A stretch of 64,000 nt of DNA from Clostridia bacterium (GTDB taxonomy: Bacteria; Bacillota; Clostridia; Christensenellales; UBA1242): contig JAZNYK010000003.1 of the NCBI GenBank assembly GCA_045594425.1, forward strand, positions 2,929 to 66,928. The letters run 5' to 3'. The notes beneath the pieces are model-generated. The model searched no databases. It was not told the origin of the DNA and saw nothing but the letters and a program-made list of their open reading frames with translations. Below, piece by piece: positions 48,707 through 58,045 of this stretch. Every line of letters starts with the position of its first letter. The stretch's first letter is position 1. Position numbers and translations under genes: made by a program.

Positions 48707-48736
48707 AAACACTCCATCTGGAGTGTTTTTATTTTG
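48706..48736 (+). terminator. Rho-independent terminator
   Basis: AACACTCCA-TCT-GGAGTGTT followed by a T-run. Confidence 0.8.
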
Positions 48737-48802
48737 TGTATTTTATGAAAAATTTGGTTTTTAGAGTCTTTATCGTAAGAAATATAAAATTTTTAAAAAA
48801 TA

Positions 48803-48831
48803 TTGACTTTTTTGTTAAAAATAGTTATAAT
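48803..48831 (+). promoter_or_regulatory. Consensus-like sigma-70 promoter of paralog C1
   Basis: TTGACT-17 nt-TATAAT. The flanks TATTGACTTTTTTG and GTTATAATATTAT are identical to those at 49715..49748. Confidence 0.7.
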
Positions 48832-48878
48832 ATTATCACTATAAACTCGTGACCCGAAGTAAATATGGGGAGGTGCTT

Positions 48879-49619
48879 ATGGCTGAAGTAACACAAGTTC
48901 AAAGCAAAGAATTGCAAGAACTTTATGCAAAAGCATATGCTTTCAAAGAAGCAGTTGGTCAGTTTAAGGATGAACAAATCCAATCTGGTTATCTTCGCTA
49001 TTTAAGTGGAACTCCAGAAGGTTTAATTAAATTAAAAGTAGCCTACGACCAAATGTATCCAGATTTGAAAGAGGGCAGTGAACTTTTAGACAAAGAGATT
49101 GAAAAATCGTTAAGATTTGACCCAGCAATGGTGGCGGTTTATCTCAAGAATATTGTTAAAGACCTTGCAGATTTGTATGGAAAAGCATTCAAGTTGTTTT
49201 TGGAAAATATGCAATCTGGTGCAAGTGAGAATACCAAAAAAGTTCAAGAGGAAAGAGTGGTCGCTTCGTCACTTAAATCAGAAGCGAGTTCTCCAACAAG
49301 ACTTGTTGCTAGAACATACGACATTCCAGTTCTTGAGCAATCAGAGCGTCCAAAACAAAAGATTTCGCTATGGCAAAAACTCCGCGGTAACAGAAAATCT
49401 GTGGAACGTGTGAACAAGGCAGATGTAAGCAAAGAACGAGAAGCAGTGGCTCCTTGGCAGGCAAAAACAGCAAAGTCTGGTGCAATGAGTGAACTTGAAA
49501 TTCAAAAAAGACTCGAAAGATATAACGCAAATGTTAGGGCTAGGGCGCAAGCAAACCAAATGCAACAAAGTTTCACTTCTGAAATGGCTCGTGAAAGCGT
49601 GATGCAACGCGGTGCATAA
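48879..49619 (+). CDS. Hypothetical protein, paralog C1 (about 246 aa)
   Basis: ATG follows GGGGAGGTG. Shares FDPxxAxxYLxxIxxxxxDLxxxAFxLxLEN with the 49796 gene. An in-frame GTG at 48849 is a possible alternative start. Confidence 0.65.
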   Translation: MAEVTQVQSKELQELYAKAYAFKEAVGQFKDEQIQSGYLRYLSGTPEGLIKLKVAYDQMYPDLKEGSELLDKEIEKSLRFDPAMVAVYLKNIVKDLADLYGKAFKLFLENMQSGASENTKKVQEERVVASSLKSEASSPTRLVARTYDIPVLEQSERPKQKISLWQKLRGNRKSVERVNKADVSKEREAVAPWQAKTAKSGAMSELEIQKRLERYNANVRARAQANQMQQSFTSEMARESVMQRGA

Positions 49620-49629
49620 AGAAAATATC

Positions 49630-49661
49630 CAAGGTGTGGTTTTTGCCACACCTTTTTTGTT
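49630..49661 (+). terminator. Rho-independent terminator
   Basis: AAGGTGTGG-TTTTTG-CCACACCTT followed by TTTTT. Confidence 0.85.
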
Positions 49662-49716
49662 GAAAATGCAAAATTAAATACAAAAAGTTGGTGCAAAACA
49701 AATTTTAAAAGGGGTA

Positions 49717-49745
49717 TTGACTTTTTTGGTGAATTTGGTTATAAT
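49717..49745 (+). promoter_or_regulatory. Consensus-like sigma-70 promoter of paralog C2
   Basis: TTGACT-17 nt-TATAAT, near-identical to the C1 promoter. Confidence 0.7.
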
Positions 49746-49795
49746 ATTATTACTAGATTGATGTGGCTCGAAGTAAAAATAAGGTGGTGGTGCAT

Positions 49796-50509
49796 ATGAT
49801 GTCAAACACGCCAGCATTTGCTGAAGCAACCAGCAAATTCAAAACATTTAAATCAGAAAGAAGAAAGACTGCCAGCCGTGGTGTTCAGTCTAACTATTTC
49901 AATTATATAAACCCATCTATGCCAGAAAAAATCTTGGCATATCAATGTGCGCTTTATGATGAAGACGAAGACACTTACGGATTCATTTCAGAAGAACTTG
50001 CCGAAGCGTGCAAGTTTGACCCTTGGAGAGCGCTTTTATATCTTCAACAAATTGCAGTTGAGATGACCGACCTTGCAATCAGAGCATTTAGATTGATGCT
50101 TGAAAATTTAAAGCCAAAGCCAAAAGAAGTTTATGACTACAAAATGGCTGAAGCGGTTGATAAAAAAGAATACGATTTCTCATTTACTGGTGAATTTGAT
50201 GGAAAAAAATTTCCAAAAGGTTCAAAGAAGTATAAAAAGTGGGAGTTCGGAAAAGACAAAAAGGGTCAATCAGACTTTGAAAGAAACAGTTTTGAACGTG
50301 AATTTGCTCAAAAGAAAGACACGACTAGAATAGATTATCAAAAGAAATCAGAACAAAACCAAAGCAATATTGCAACAGGTGTTGCACAAGCCGAAATGGC
50401 AACCCGTGGTGGTGGAATGTCTTATGCCACTTGGGGCGATGGTGGATGCGGAAACTTTGGTCCGTGCGGTCCATCAATTGACTATGGCATTTATGCTATG
50501 GAATTATAA
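49796..50509 (+). CDS. Hypothetical protein, paralog C2 (about 237 aa) with a Gly/Cys-rich C-terminus
   Basis: ATG follows AAGGTGGTGGTG. The tail reads GGGMSYATWGDGGCGNFGPCGPSIDYGIYAMEL. An in-frame GTG at 49763 is a possible alternative start. Confidence 0.65.
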   Translation: MMSNTPAFAEATSKFKTFKSERRKTASRGVQSNYFNYINPSMPEKILAYQCALYDEDEDTYGFISEELAEACKFDPWRALLYLQQIAVEMTDLAIRAFRLMLENLKPKPKEVYDYKMAEAVDKKEYDFSFTGEFDGKKFPKGSKKYKKWEFGKDKKGQSDFERNSFEREFAQKKDTTRIDYQKKSEQNQSNIATGVAQAEMATRGGGMSYATWGDGGCGNFGPCGPSIDYGIYAMEL

Positions 50510-50523
50510 TTTAATAGTTTTGT

Positions 50524-50556
50524 GGGTGCGAATCATCAGGTTCGCACCTTTTTTGT
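50524..50556 (+). terminator. Rho-independent terminator
   Basis: GGTGCGAA-TCATCAGG-TTCGCACC followed by TTTTTT. Confidence 0.85.
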
Positions 50557-50619
50557 TGATATAGTGGCGTAAAACGTAGTTTTAATTAAAATTTCTCAAA
50601 AGAATTTATTGAAAACTTA

Positions 50620-50648
50620 TTGACTTATAACAAAAATTAATATAGAAT
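50620..50648 (+). promoter_or_regulatory. Sigma-70-type promoter of the str operon
   Basis: TTGACT-17 nt-TAGAAT, leaving a leader of about 140 nt before rpsL. Confidence 0.6.
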
Positions 50649-50791
50649 GATAGGGCATAAATTATGTTATGTTTGACATTATGTCTTTTTTTATTGCAAC
50701 GGTGTGCGACAAAAAAGGAAACTGATGCTCAAGAATTTCCTCGATTGGGTTTTTAGAGAAAATTCACCAAATTTACACAGGAGGTAATACT

Positions 50792-51169
50792 ATGCCAACC
50801 ATTAACCAAATTATCCGTCATGGTAAAGGTAGAGAAAAACAAGCAGTTAAAGCGAAATGTCCAGCACTTGAACAATGCCCACAAAAAAGAGGCGTTTGCT
50901 TAAACGTTACAACCACTTCTCCAAAGAAGCCAAACTCTGCTATGCGTAAAATTGCCAGAGTTAGACTTTCAAACAGAATGGAAGGAACTGTTTACATTCC
51001 AGGCGAAGGACACAACTTGCAAGAACACTCTGTTGTTCTCATTCGTGGTGGCCGTGTTAAAGACTTGCCAGGTGTTCGTTATCACATCATCCGTGGCGTT
51101 CTTGACACAGCAGGTGTACAAAACCGTAAACAAGCAAGAAGTAAATACGGTGCTAAAAAATCTAAATAA
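50792..51169 (+). CDS. rpsL: 30S ribosomal protein S12
   Basis: MPTINQIIR start and [10 protein letters not shown]. Confidence 0.95.
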   Translation: MPTINQIIRHGKGREKQAVKAKCPALEQCPQKRGVCLNVTTTSPKKPNSAMRKIARVRLSNRMEGTVYIPGEGHNLQEHSVVLIRGGRVKDLPGVRYHIIRGVLDTAGVQNRKQARSKYGAKKSK

Positions 51170-51210
51170 TTAAAGATTTTAACTTAAAGTAATATAGGAG
51201 GAAATTTTTT

Positions 51211-51681
51211 ATGTCAAGAAGAAACAGAGCAGAAGTGCGTGAAGTTGTTGCTGATCCAGTTTATGGCTCAAAAGTTGTAACTAAAGTTATCAACCAAGTT
51301 ATGCTTGATGGTAAAAGATCAATTGCTCAAAAAGTTGTTTACGGCGCTATGCAAACTGCTGCTAAAAAACTTAATGCAGAACCAATTGATGTTTTCAACA
51401 AAGCACTTGAAAATTTGAAACCAGTTCTTGAAGTTAAGGCTCGTCGTGTAGGCGGCTCAACATACCAAGTTCCAATGGAAATCAGACCAGAAAGACGTCA
51501 AACACTTGCAATTAGATGGCTTGTTCTTTACGCTAGACAAAGAAGTGAAAGAACAATGGCTGCTAAACTTGCTGGCGAACTTATGGATGCATACAACAAT
51601 TCAGGTAGTGCATTCAAAAAGAAAGAAGATGTTCACAGAATGGCAGAAGCAAACAAAGCGTTTGCATCTTATCGTTGGTAG
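51211..51681 (+). CDS. rpsG: 30S ribosomal protein S7
   Basis: [20 protein letters not shown] start and a C-terminal ...[10 protein letters not shown]. Confidence 0.95.
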   Translation: MSRRNRAEVREVVADPVYGSKVVTKVINQVMLDGKRSIAQKVVYGAMQTAAKKLNAEPIDVFNKALENLKPVLEVKARRVGGSTYQVPMEIRPERRQTLAIRWLVLYARQRSERTMAAKLAGELMDAYNNSGSAFKKKEDVHRMAEANKAFASYRW

Positions 51682-51894
51682 TCTTTTATTGGCTAAATTT
51701 GTTGCTGAAAATAATGTTTTTAACTCGTTGTTTTCAGCAAAATTTATATAGCGGAAAATATTTGACTTTTCCGCAAAAAAACCGCGAAAAACACATTAAA
51801 ATATTTGTGATTTTTTGCAAAATCTAGTATACTTAAAATTGTAATTGTTAAAATAAATTTTAGCAGTTTGAAACTAAATAGGAGATTGAATTTT

Positions 51895-53967
51895 ATGCCT
51901 AGAGATTATTCATTAGACAAGATTCGTAACATTGGTATCATGGCTCACATTGACGCCGGTAAAACAACAACCAGTGAAAGAATTTTGTTCTATACAGGAA
52001 AAACTCATAAAATCGGTGAAGTTCATGATGGCGGCGCTACCATGGACTGGATGGCACAAGAACAAGAAAGAGGTATCACAATCACTTCTGCTGCAACAAC
52101 TTGTATCTGGAAAGACTATAAGATTAACCTTATCGACACCCCAGGACACGTTGACTTCACAATGGAAGTTGAACGTTCACTTCGTGTTCTTGACGGTGCT
52201 GTTGAAGTTTTCACCGCAAAAGAAGGCGTTCAAGCACAATCAATCAAAGTTTGGAACCAAGCAAACAAATATGGCGTTCCAAGAATCGCTTATGTAAATA
52301 AGATGGACACTCTTGGCGCAGATTTCTTCTATGCTGTTGACCAAATGAGAGAAATGCTCGGTGCTAACGCTGTTCCAGTTGAACTTCCTATCGGAAAGGA
52401 AGACACTTTTGAAGGTGTTATTGACCTTGTTCAAATGCACGCTATCTATTATAGAGATGATGAAGGTAAAGTTTTTGATATCCTTCCAATCCCTGATGAT
52501 ATGAAAGATATTGCAGATGAATACAGACAAAAACTCATTGAAGCAGTTGCTGAAACTGATGACACTCTTCTTGAAAAATTCTTCGGTGGTGAAGAAATCA
52601 CTGTTGATGAAATCAGAAAAGCAATCAGAACATCAACTTGCGAACTTAAGATGCTCCCAGTTCTTTGCGGTTCATCTTATAAAAATAAAGGTATCCAAGA
52701 ACTTTTGGATGCAGTTATTCACTATTTGCCAAGCCCAATCGATATCCCAGCAATGGCAGGTACCGATATGCAAGGCAACCCAATCACTTGTCCAACAGAA
52801 GACAAGGCTCCACTTGCTGGTCTTGCATTCAAAATTGCAACAGACCAATTTGGTAGACTTACATTCTTCAGAATTTATTCTGGTTGTATTAAGTCAGGTT
52901 CTTATGTTCTTAACACAACAACAGGTGATAAGGAAAGAATTTCAAGACTTGTTAGAATGCACTCTAACTCAAGACAAGAAATCACAGAAGCGTATGCTGG
53001 TGACATCGTTGCTATCATCGGTTTGAAAGATACTTCAACTGGTGACACACTTTGTGACGAATCAAGACCAGTTATGCTTGAAAATATGGATTATCCAGAC
53101 CCAGTTATTTCTATGGCTGTTGAACCAAAAACAAAGGGCGACCAAGAAAAAATGACAAACGCTCTTTTGAAACTCGCTGGTGAAGACCCAAGTTTCAGAT
53201 TCTCAACAAACAGAGAAACAGGTCAAACAATCATCGCAGGTATGGGTGAACTTCACCTTAACATCATGGTTGACCGTATGAAACGTGAATACAACGTTGA
53301 AGCAAACGTTGGTGCACCTCAAGTTGCATACAAAGAAACACTTCGTGGTTCTATTGAAGCAACTGGTAAATACATCAAACAATCTGGTGGTAAAGGTCAA
53401 TATGGCCACTGCGTTGTTAAATTCGAAGGTCTTGAACCAGGCGAAGGATACAAATTTGTTGACGCTACAGTTGGTGGCTCTATTCCAAAAGAATATATCC
53501 CTGCAGTTGACAAAGGTATCAGAGAAGCCGCAGCATCTGGTGTTCTTGCTGGATATCCAACTGTTGACTTTAAAGCAACTGTTGTTGACGGTTCATACCA
53601 CGATGTAGACTCATCTGAAGCAGCGTTCATGGTTGCTGGTTCTATGGCATTCAAAGACGCATTCAAGAGAGGTAATTCAGTAATACTTGAACCTATCATG
53701 AAGGTAGAAATTCAAGTTCCAGATAAATATCTTGGTGACGTTCTTGGTGACCTTTCACGTAGACGTGGAAACGTTATCGGAACAACACTTAAAAATGGAA
53801 ACCAAACTGTTGATGCAGAGGTTCCACTTGCAGAAATGTCTGGATACGTTACTGATTTGAGATCACTCACACAAGGTCGTGGTGACTCAAGCATGGAACC
53901 ATGCAAATATGCTGAAGTTCCAAGAAACATCGCTGATAAAATCATCGGTGATAGAGCAAAAGACTAA
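51895..53967 (+). CDS. fusA: Elongation factor G
   Basis: [28 protein letters not shown]. Start moved to ATG 51895, which follows TAGGAGA; the track TTG at 51868 was rejected. Confidence 0.95.
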   Translation: MPRDYSLDKIRNIGIMAHIDAGKTTTSERILFYTGKTHKIGEVHDGGATMDWMAQEQERGITITSAATTCIWKDYKINLIDTPGHVDFTMEVERSLRVLDGAVEVFTAKEGVQAQSIKVWNQANKYGVPRIAYVNKMDTLGADFFYAVDQMREMLGANAVPVELPIGKEDTFEGVIDLVQMHAIYYRDDEGKVFDILPIPDDMKDIADEYRQKLIEAVAETDDTLLEKFFGGEEITVDEIRKAIRTSTCELKMLPVLCGSSYKNKGIQELLDAVIHYLPSPIDIPAMAGTDMQGNPITCPTEDKAPLAGLAFKIATDQFGRLTFFRIYSGCIKSGSYVLNTTTGDKERISRLVRMHSNSRQEITEAYAGDIVAIIGLKDTSTGDTLCDESRPVMLENMDYPDPVISMAVEPKTKGDQEKMTNALLKLAGEDPSFRFSTNRETGQTIIAGMGELHLNIMVDRMKREYNVEANVGAPQVAYKETLRGSIEATGKYIKQSGGKGQYGHCVVKFEGLEPGEGYKFVDATVGGSIPKEYIPAVDKGIREAAASGVLAGYPTVDFKATVVDGSYHDVDSSEAAFMVAGSMAFKDAFKRGNSVILEPIMKVEIQVPDKYLGDVLGDLSRRRGNVIGTTLKNGNQTVDAEVPLAEMSGYVTDLRSLTQGRGDSSMEPCKYAEVPRNIADKIIGDRAKD

Positions 53968-54029
53968 TTTTAGTTAGTCAAACAAAATCATAAAAAATAA
54001 AAAAATAAAAATAAAAAGGAGATATTCAA

Positions 54030-55238
54030 ATGGCAAAAGCAAAATTTGAATCTAAAAAACCTCACGTTAACATTGGTACAATCGGCCACGTTGACCACGG
54101 TAAAACAACTTTAACTGCTGCAATCACAATGAATCAAACACACAAATATGGTGGTGATGCTAAAGATTACAGCCAAATCGACTCTGCTCCAGAAGAAAGA
54201 GCAAGAGGTATCACAATCAACACAGCACACGTTGAATATGAAACAGACAACAGACACTATGCACACGTTGACTGCCCAGGACACGCTGACTACGTTAAGA
54301 ACATGATTACTGGTGCTGCTCAAATGGACGGTGCTATCCTTGTTTGTGCTGCAACTGATGGTGTTATGCCTCAAACTCGTGAACACATCCTTCTTGCTCG
54401 TCAAGTAGGCGTTCCAAAAATTGTTGTATTCATGAACAAAATTGACCAACTTGGTGGCGACACAGAACTTGCTGACCTTGTTGAAATGGAAATCAGAGAA
54501 CTCCTTTCAAAATACGAATATGATGGAGACAACACTCCAATCGTTCGTGGTTCTGCATTCCTTGCTCTTGAAGCAGCTAAAGCAGGCAACTATGATTCAG
54601 AAGATACAAAATGCATCGCTGAACTTATGGATGCAGTTGACTCTTGGATTCCAACTCCAGACCGTGCTACAGACCAACCATTCCTTATGCCAGTTGAAGA
54701 CGTATTCACAATCACTGGTCGTGGTACTGTTGTTACTGGTAGAGTTGAAAGAGGTGTTCTTAAAACTGGTGAAACAGTTGAAATCGTAGGTCTTGAAGAT
54801 AAGCCAAAGACTTCAGTTGTTACTGGTATCGAAATGTTCAGAAAAACTCTTGATGAAGCCGTTGCAGGTTACAACGTAGGTGTTCTTCTTAGAGGTATCG
54901 ACAGAACTGAAGTTCAAAGAGGTCAAATCCTTTCTAAACCAGGAACTGTTCATCCACACACAAACTTTGAAGCACAAGTTTACGTATTGACAAAAGAAGA
55001 AGGTGGTCGTCACACTGCATTCTTCAACAACTATCGTCCACAATTCTACTTCAGAACAACTGACGTTACAGGTTCAATCGCTCTTCCAGAAGGAACAGAA
55101 ATGGTTATGCCTGGTGACCACACAAAGATGACTGTAGAACTCATCTCTCCAGTTGCTATTGAAGAAGGACTTCGTTTCGCTATCCGTGAAGGTGGCAGAA
55201 CTGTAGGTTCTGGTGTTGTTTCTAAAATTATTAAATAA
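54030..55238 (+). CDS. tuf: Elongation factor Tu
   Basis: [10 protein letters not shown] and DCPGHADY. 402 aa. Confidence 0.96.
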   Translation: MAKAKFESKKPHVNIGTIGHVDHGKTTLTAAITMNQTHKYGGDAKDYSQIDSAPEERARGITINTAHVEYETDNRHYAHVDCPGHADYVKNMITGAAQMDGAILVCAATDGVMPQTREHILLARQVGVPKIVVFMNKIDQLGGDTELADLVEMEIRELLSKYEYDGDNTPIVRGSAFLALEAAKAGNYDSEDTKCIAELMDAVDSWIPTPDRATDQPFLMPVEDVFTITGRGTVVTGRVERGVLKTGETVEIVGLEDKPKTSVVTGIEMFRKTLDEAVAGYNVGVLLRGIDRTEVQRGQILSKPGTVHPHTNFEAQVYVLTKEEGGRHTAFFNNYRPQFYFRTTDVTGSIALPEGTEMVMPGDHTKMTVELISPVAIEEGLRFAIREGGRTVGSGVVSKIIK

Positions 55239-55266
55239 TTTTAAACAAAACTAAATCTTTAAATTA

Positions 55267-55300
55267 AAACACTTTGCTATTTAGCAGGGTGTTTTTTTGT
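55267..55300 (+). terminator. Rho-independent terminator after tuf
   Basis: AACACTTTGCTA-TT-TAGCAGGGTGTT (with G-U pairs) followed by TTTTTTT. Confidence 0.8.
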
Positions 55301-55340
55301 GTGTAAAAATTATAAATTTTCATATTAACTCATTTTTTCT

Positions 55341-55368
55341 TTGATAAATTGTTTTTTATTGTTACAAT
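55341..55368 (+). promoter_or_regulatory. Putative promoter of cassette 1
   Basis: TTGATA-16 nt-TACAAT. Confidence 0.5.
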
Positions 55369-55397
55369 AAAATTAATAAAATATTAAGGTGATAATT

Positions 55398-56306
55398 ATG
55401 ACAGCAAAAGTAGAAGTTCCAAAAAAGAGAAGAGTTGAAGGTTTAATAGGATTTGGAAAAGCCAAAGATGTTGTTAGTAGTTTGATAGTTTCTGCAGGCG
55501 CGATAATGACCCATTCGGCTTATGATGATGCAATGGCACAATTTGATGTGGCTAAAGTTTATGCAAAAGGCGCGGCTGCTCATGTTCAAACAAGAGCAAA
55601 AACTATAATTGGTTCTGAAGAAGAAAGACAAATCGCAAAAGAACAAATTACTGAAATGGATGTTCGAAAAGCGGTTTTTCAAAAAACATTAAACATTCTT
55701 GGTTGGTCTGAAGACCAGTATAAGACTTTGATGGATGACAGAAATTATATCAGAGCACAAAAACAGCAAAAACCTCAAAAACCTGAATCTGAAGCAGAAG
55801 AAATGAAAAACCTTATGGATGATTTTCATAGGTCAAACGAAAGAACAAAAGACAACATGAAGGAAGCAGGAAAAGAGTTATTGGGTCTTGTGGAATATAT
55901 TCCTGCGGTTGCCGCACTTGCAATAAATCCAGCTATTGGTATTTCTATAGCGGTTGTTGTTACTGGGATTAAAATGATTGGCCATTATCGAGAAGGTAAA
56001 AAATTGGAAGCAGAAGCAACTAGGCGTGGTGGCAACTATGCGGATAAAATTATGAATTTTGCTGATAAACTTGTAAAACTTGAAGAACTTTTAGATACGA
56101 AAATGAATGGAATAATTGAAAAATATAAAGGCAGAGAGAATGATGCTGAATTTACAGCAGAACTCGACACAATTATTCGTAGTGCGGCTGCAGAAGTTGG
56201 ATTAGGTGTGAGTGATGCCAAGACTGTATCTAAAATAATTCCTAAAAAGGAAACAGTGCAAGATAAACTTGCAAGCAAGGTTGAAGTTGGTTCAATTAAG
56301 GATTAA
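55398..56306 (+). CDS. Hypothetical helical protein A1 (302 aa) with a central hydrophobic hairpin
   Basis: Start moved to ATG 55398. Residues about 161-196 read LLGLVEYIPAVAALAINPAIGISIAVVVTGIKMIGH, two short hydrophobic helices split by NP. Charged helical regions flank them. No signal peptide. Confidence 0.65.
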   Translation: MTAKVEVPKKRRVEGLIGFGKAKDVVSSLIVSAGAIMTHSAYDDAMAQFDVAKVYAKGAAAHVQTRAKTIIGSEEERQIAKEQITEMDVRKAVFQKTLNILGWSEDQYKTLMDDRNYIRAQKQQKPQKPESEAEEMKNLMDDFHRSNERTKDNMKEAGKELLGLVEYIPAVAALAINPAIGISIAVVVTGIKMIGHYREGKKLEAEATRRGGNYADKIMNFADKLVKLEELLDTKMNGIIEKYKGRENDAEFTAELDTIIRSAAAEVGLGVSDAKTVSKIIPKKETVQDKLASKVEVGSIKD

Positions 56307-56317
56307 TGGGGTGAAAT

Positions 56318-56593
56318 ATGAGTATTGGTTTTGTAGCGAAAAAGGGTGAAATGATGCTCTTGGAAGGCGGTGAAGCATACATCGTGATTGACCAAATTGC
56401 TTTTGAGGGTGAAAATTATTTGTTGATAAAAAAGGTTACTGATAGTTTGACGGATTACATGGACTTAAAAAAAGAGGTTTCTTTTGTTCGTGAAGTCATT
56501 GAAAATGAAACAGATTATTCAGTTGAAACCGTTACAAGCAAAACTCTTTTAAAGAGTTTATTTGATGAAGCAAAGAAAAAAGTGCAAAAGTAA
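56318..56593 (+). CDS. Small DUF1292-like protein B1 (91 aa)
   Basis: Sits 11 nt after A1 with SD GGGGTGAAA. YIVIDQIAFEGENYLLIKKV...SFVREVIENETDYSVETV fits the DUF1292 pattern (y.v...fe.eg..Y.ll.p...v.i.r...e.e..le.i.d). Confidence 0.6.
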   Translation: MSIGFVAKKGEMMLLEGGEAYIVIDQIAFEGENYLLIKKVTDSLTDYMDLKKEVSFVREVIENETDYSVETVTSKTLLKSLFDEAKKKVQK

Positions 56594-56596
56594 TGC

Positions 56597-56627
56597 AAAA
56601 CAGCGCCATTTGGTGCTGTTTTTTGTT
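56597..56627 (+). terminator. Rho-independent terminator
   Basis: AACAGCGCC-ATTT-GGTGCTGTT followed by TTTTT. Confidence 0.8.
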
Positions 56628-56697
56628 GGAAAACATATCAAATTATGTGTATAATTGAAAATGTAAACTAAAATTTATTAATCAAAAGAGGTTGATT

Positions 56698-57663
56698 ATG
56701 GCTAAACATAAAGTGGAAAGCATTGTTTCAGTTGATGAATTATTAGAGCAACTTGGAAGTGGGCTTTCAAAAGAGGAATATTCAAAATTTGCGGTTCAAG
56801 TGAAAAAGATGCTAGAGGAAAATAAAAGTGAAACAAACACAAACACTGTTGTTGCTCAAGCAAAAACACTTAAGACTGAAAGCAAATTAAGTGCAAAAGA
56901 ACAAGCAAAAGAAGATGACAGATTTAATCGTATCAGACAAAGATTGATTGAAGAAGTTTTTGGTGTGTCTGCAAAAGACCAAGAGAAACTTATGGAACAA
57001 GGCGAGCAAGCATCTAAACTTTTGGCTGATGGTGCAAGGTCTGATTATCAAACTGTTAAGGATAAAGAAAATGTTTTGGGTGCTGCTGAAACAGCCGACA
57101 AAAAGGCTAGAAGAGAACTTCTTGCGGGTTCACTTGACGTGGCTCTTGCAATTGGTGGTCTTGCTTCTGAACAAATTGCTGGATTGGTTGCTACAATCAC
57201 AGGTGTGTCGGTTGCTTTTCCAGTGATTGGTGCGGCTTTAACAACTTTTGTATTTGGTGTTAAACTTGCAAAATATATCAAAGCATCAAAACAAAGCAAA
57301 AGTGACATTGCTTCAAAAAAAGAAGATTTTTTGAAAGATGTTGCAGAATTAACACAAAGAATCAAAGTGTTTAGTGATATGCTTGAGTCTAAAAAAGCAG
57401 AGATTCTTGCAGAGTCTAAAAAATGCAAAAGCAAAGAAGAGTTTAATAATTTCATTAAAGGTAAGGCACAAGAAATTTCTGAACTTATTCAAGCAAAGGG
57501 CAGTGAACTTGGAATTGATAATGTAGAAGAAATGGACTTAAAGAAACTTACTGAAGAGTATGATATGCAAAAACAAAATGAAATCACCAAGCGTGCGTCT
57601 ATTGAATCAAGACACAAAGAAGAACATAAAAGTAGCATTGGGGAAGAAGAAAGAAGTCTATAG
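56698..57663 (+). CDS. Hypothetical helical protein A2 (321 aa), distant paralog of A1
   Basis: Start moved to ATG 56698, which follows AAGAGG. Residues about 141-192 read LLAGSLDVALAIGGLASEQIAGLVATITGVSVAFPVIGAALTTFVFGVKLAK. Architecture matches A1, and both hairpins are preceded by (K/R)ELL. Confidence 0.65.
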   Translation: MAKHKVESIVSVDELLEQLGSGLSKEEYSKFAVQVKKMLEENKSETNTNTVVAQAKTLKTESKLSAKEQAKEDDRFNRIRQRLIEEVFGVSAKDQEKLMEQGEQASKLLADGARSDYQTVKDKENVLGAAETADKKARRELLAGSLDVALAIGGLASEQIAGLVATITGVSVAFPVIGAALTTFVFGVKLAKYIKASKQSKSDIASKKEDFLKDVAELTQRIKVFSDMLESKKAEILAESKKCKSKEEFNNFIKGKAQEISELIQAKGSELGIDNVEEMDLKKLTEEYDMQKQNEITKRASIESRHKEEHKSSIGEEERSL

Positions 57664-57705
57664 ATAAAATTGAATTATTAAAAAATTAAAACAGGGGAAT
57701 AAATT

Positions 57706-57972
57706 ATGAATTTTGTTAGTAAAGTTGGAGATGTTTTGCATCTTGCTGATATTGAAACTGTTTATCAAGTTGCAAAGTGTTTTGAATTTGAAGGTGAAAA
57801 CTATATTTTGGCAGTTTCTGTTCCAGAAAAATTTGAAGAATTGTTTGATGATTCAAAGAAAACTATAGAAATTTTCAGAGAAGTTGTTGAAGATAATGAC
57901 GAGTTTTTTGTTGAATCAATTGAAGATAGTGTGCTTCTTTCAAAACTTAAAGACTATGTAAAAACATTATAA
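57706..57972 (+). CDS. Small DUF1292-like protein B2 (88 aa), paralog of B1
   Basis: Shares FEGENY(L/I)L, FREV(I/V)E(N/D), VE(T/S) and LL(K/S)(S/K)L with B1. SD AGGGGAATAAA. Confidence 0.6.
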   Translation: MNFVSKVGDVLHLADIETVYQVAKCFEFEGENYILAVSVPEKFEELFDDSKKTIEIFREVVEDNDEFFVESIEDSVLLSKLKDYVKTL

Positions 57973-58000
57973 AAAAGGGCGAGAGCCCTTTCTTTTTGTT
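57973..58000 (+). terminator. Rho-independent terminator
   Basis: AAGGGC-GAGA-GCCCTT followed by TCTTTTTGTTT. Confidence 0.8.
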
Positions 58001-58010
58001 TGCTATGGTA

Positions 58011-58039
58011 TTTACAAATAATGCAAATTAGGTTAAAAT
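58011..58039 (+). promoter_or_regulatory. Putative promoter placed so that transcription would start at or next to the ATG of the kinase-like gene (possibly leaderless mRNA)
   Basis: TTTACA-17 nt-TAAAAT ends 6 nt before ATG 58046. No SD precedes that ATG. Confidence 0.45.
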
Positions 58040-58045
58040 ATAGGT

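Noticed and set aside
52511-53026. 171-aa alternative-frame ORF inside fusA, and similar ORFs inside tuf, glgP and rpoB (for example 61678..62265)
   Set aside because: These are shadow ORFs within strongly supported conserved genes, with no independent start signals.
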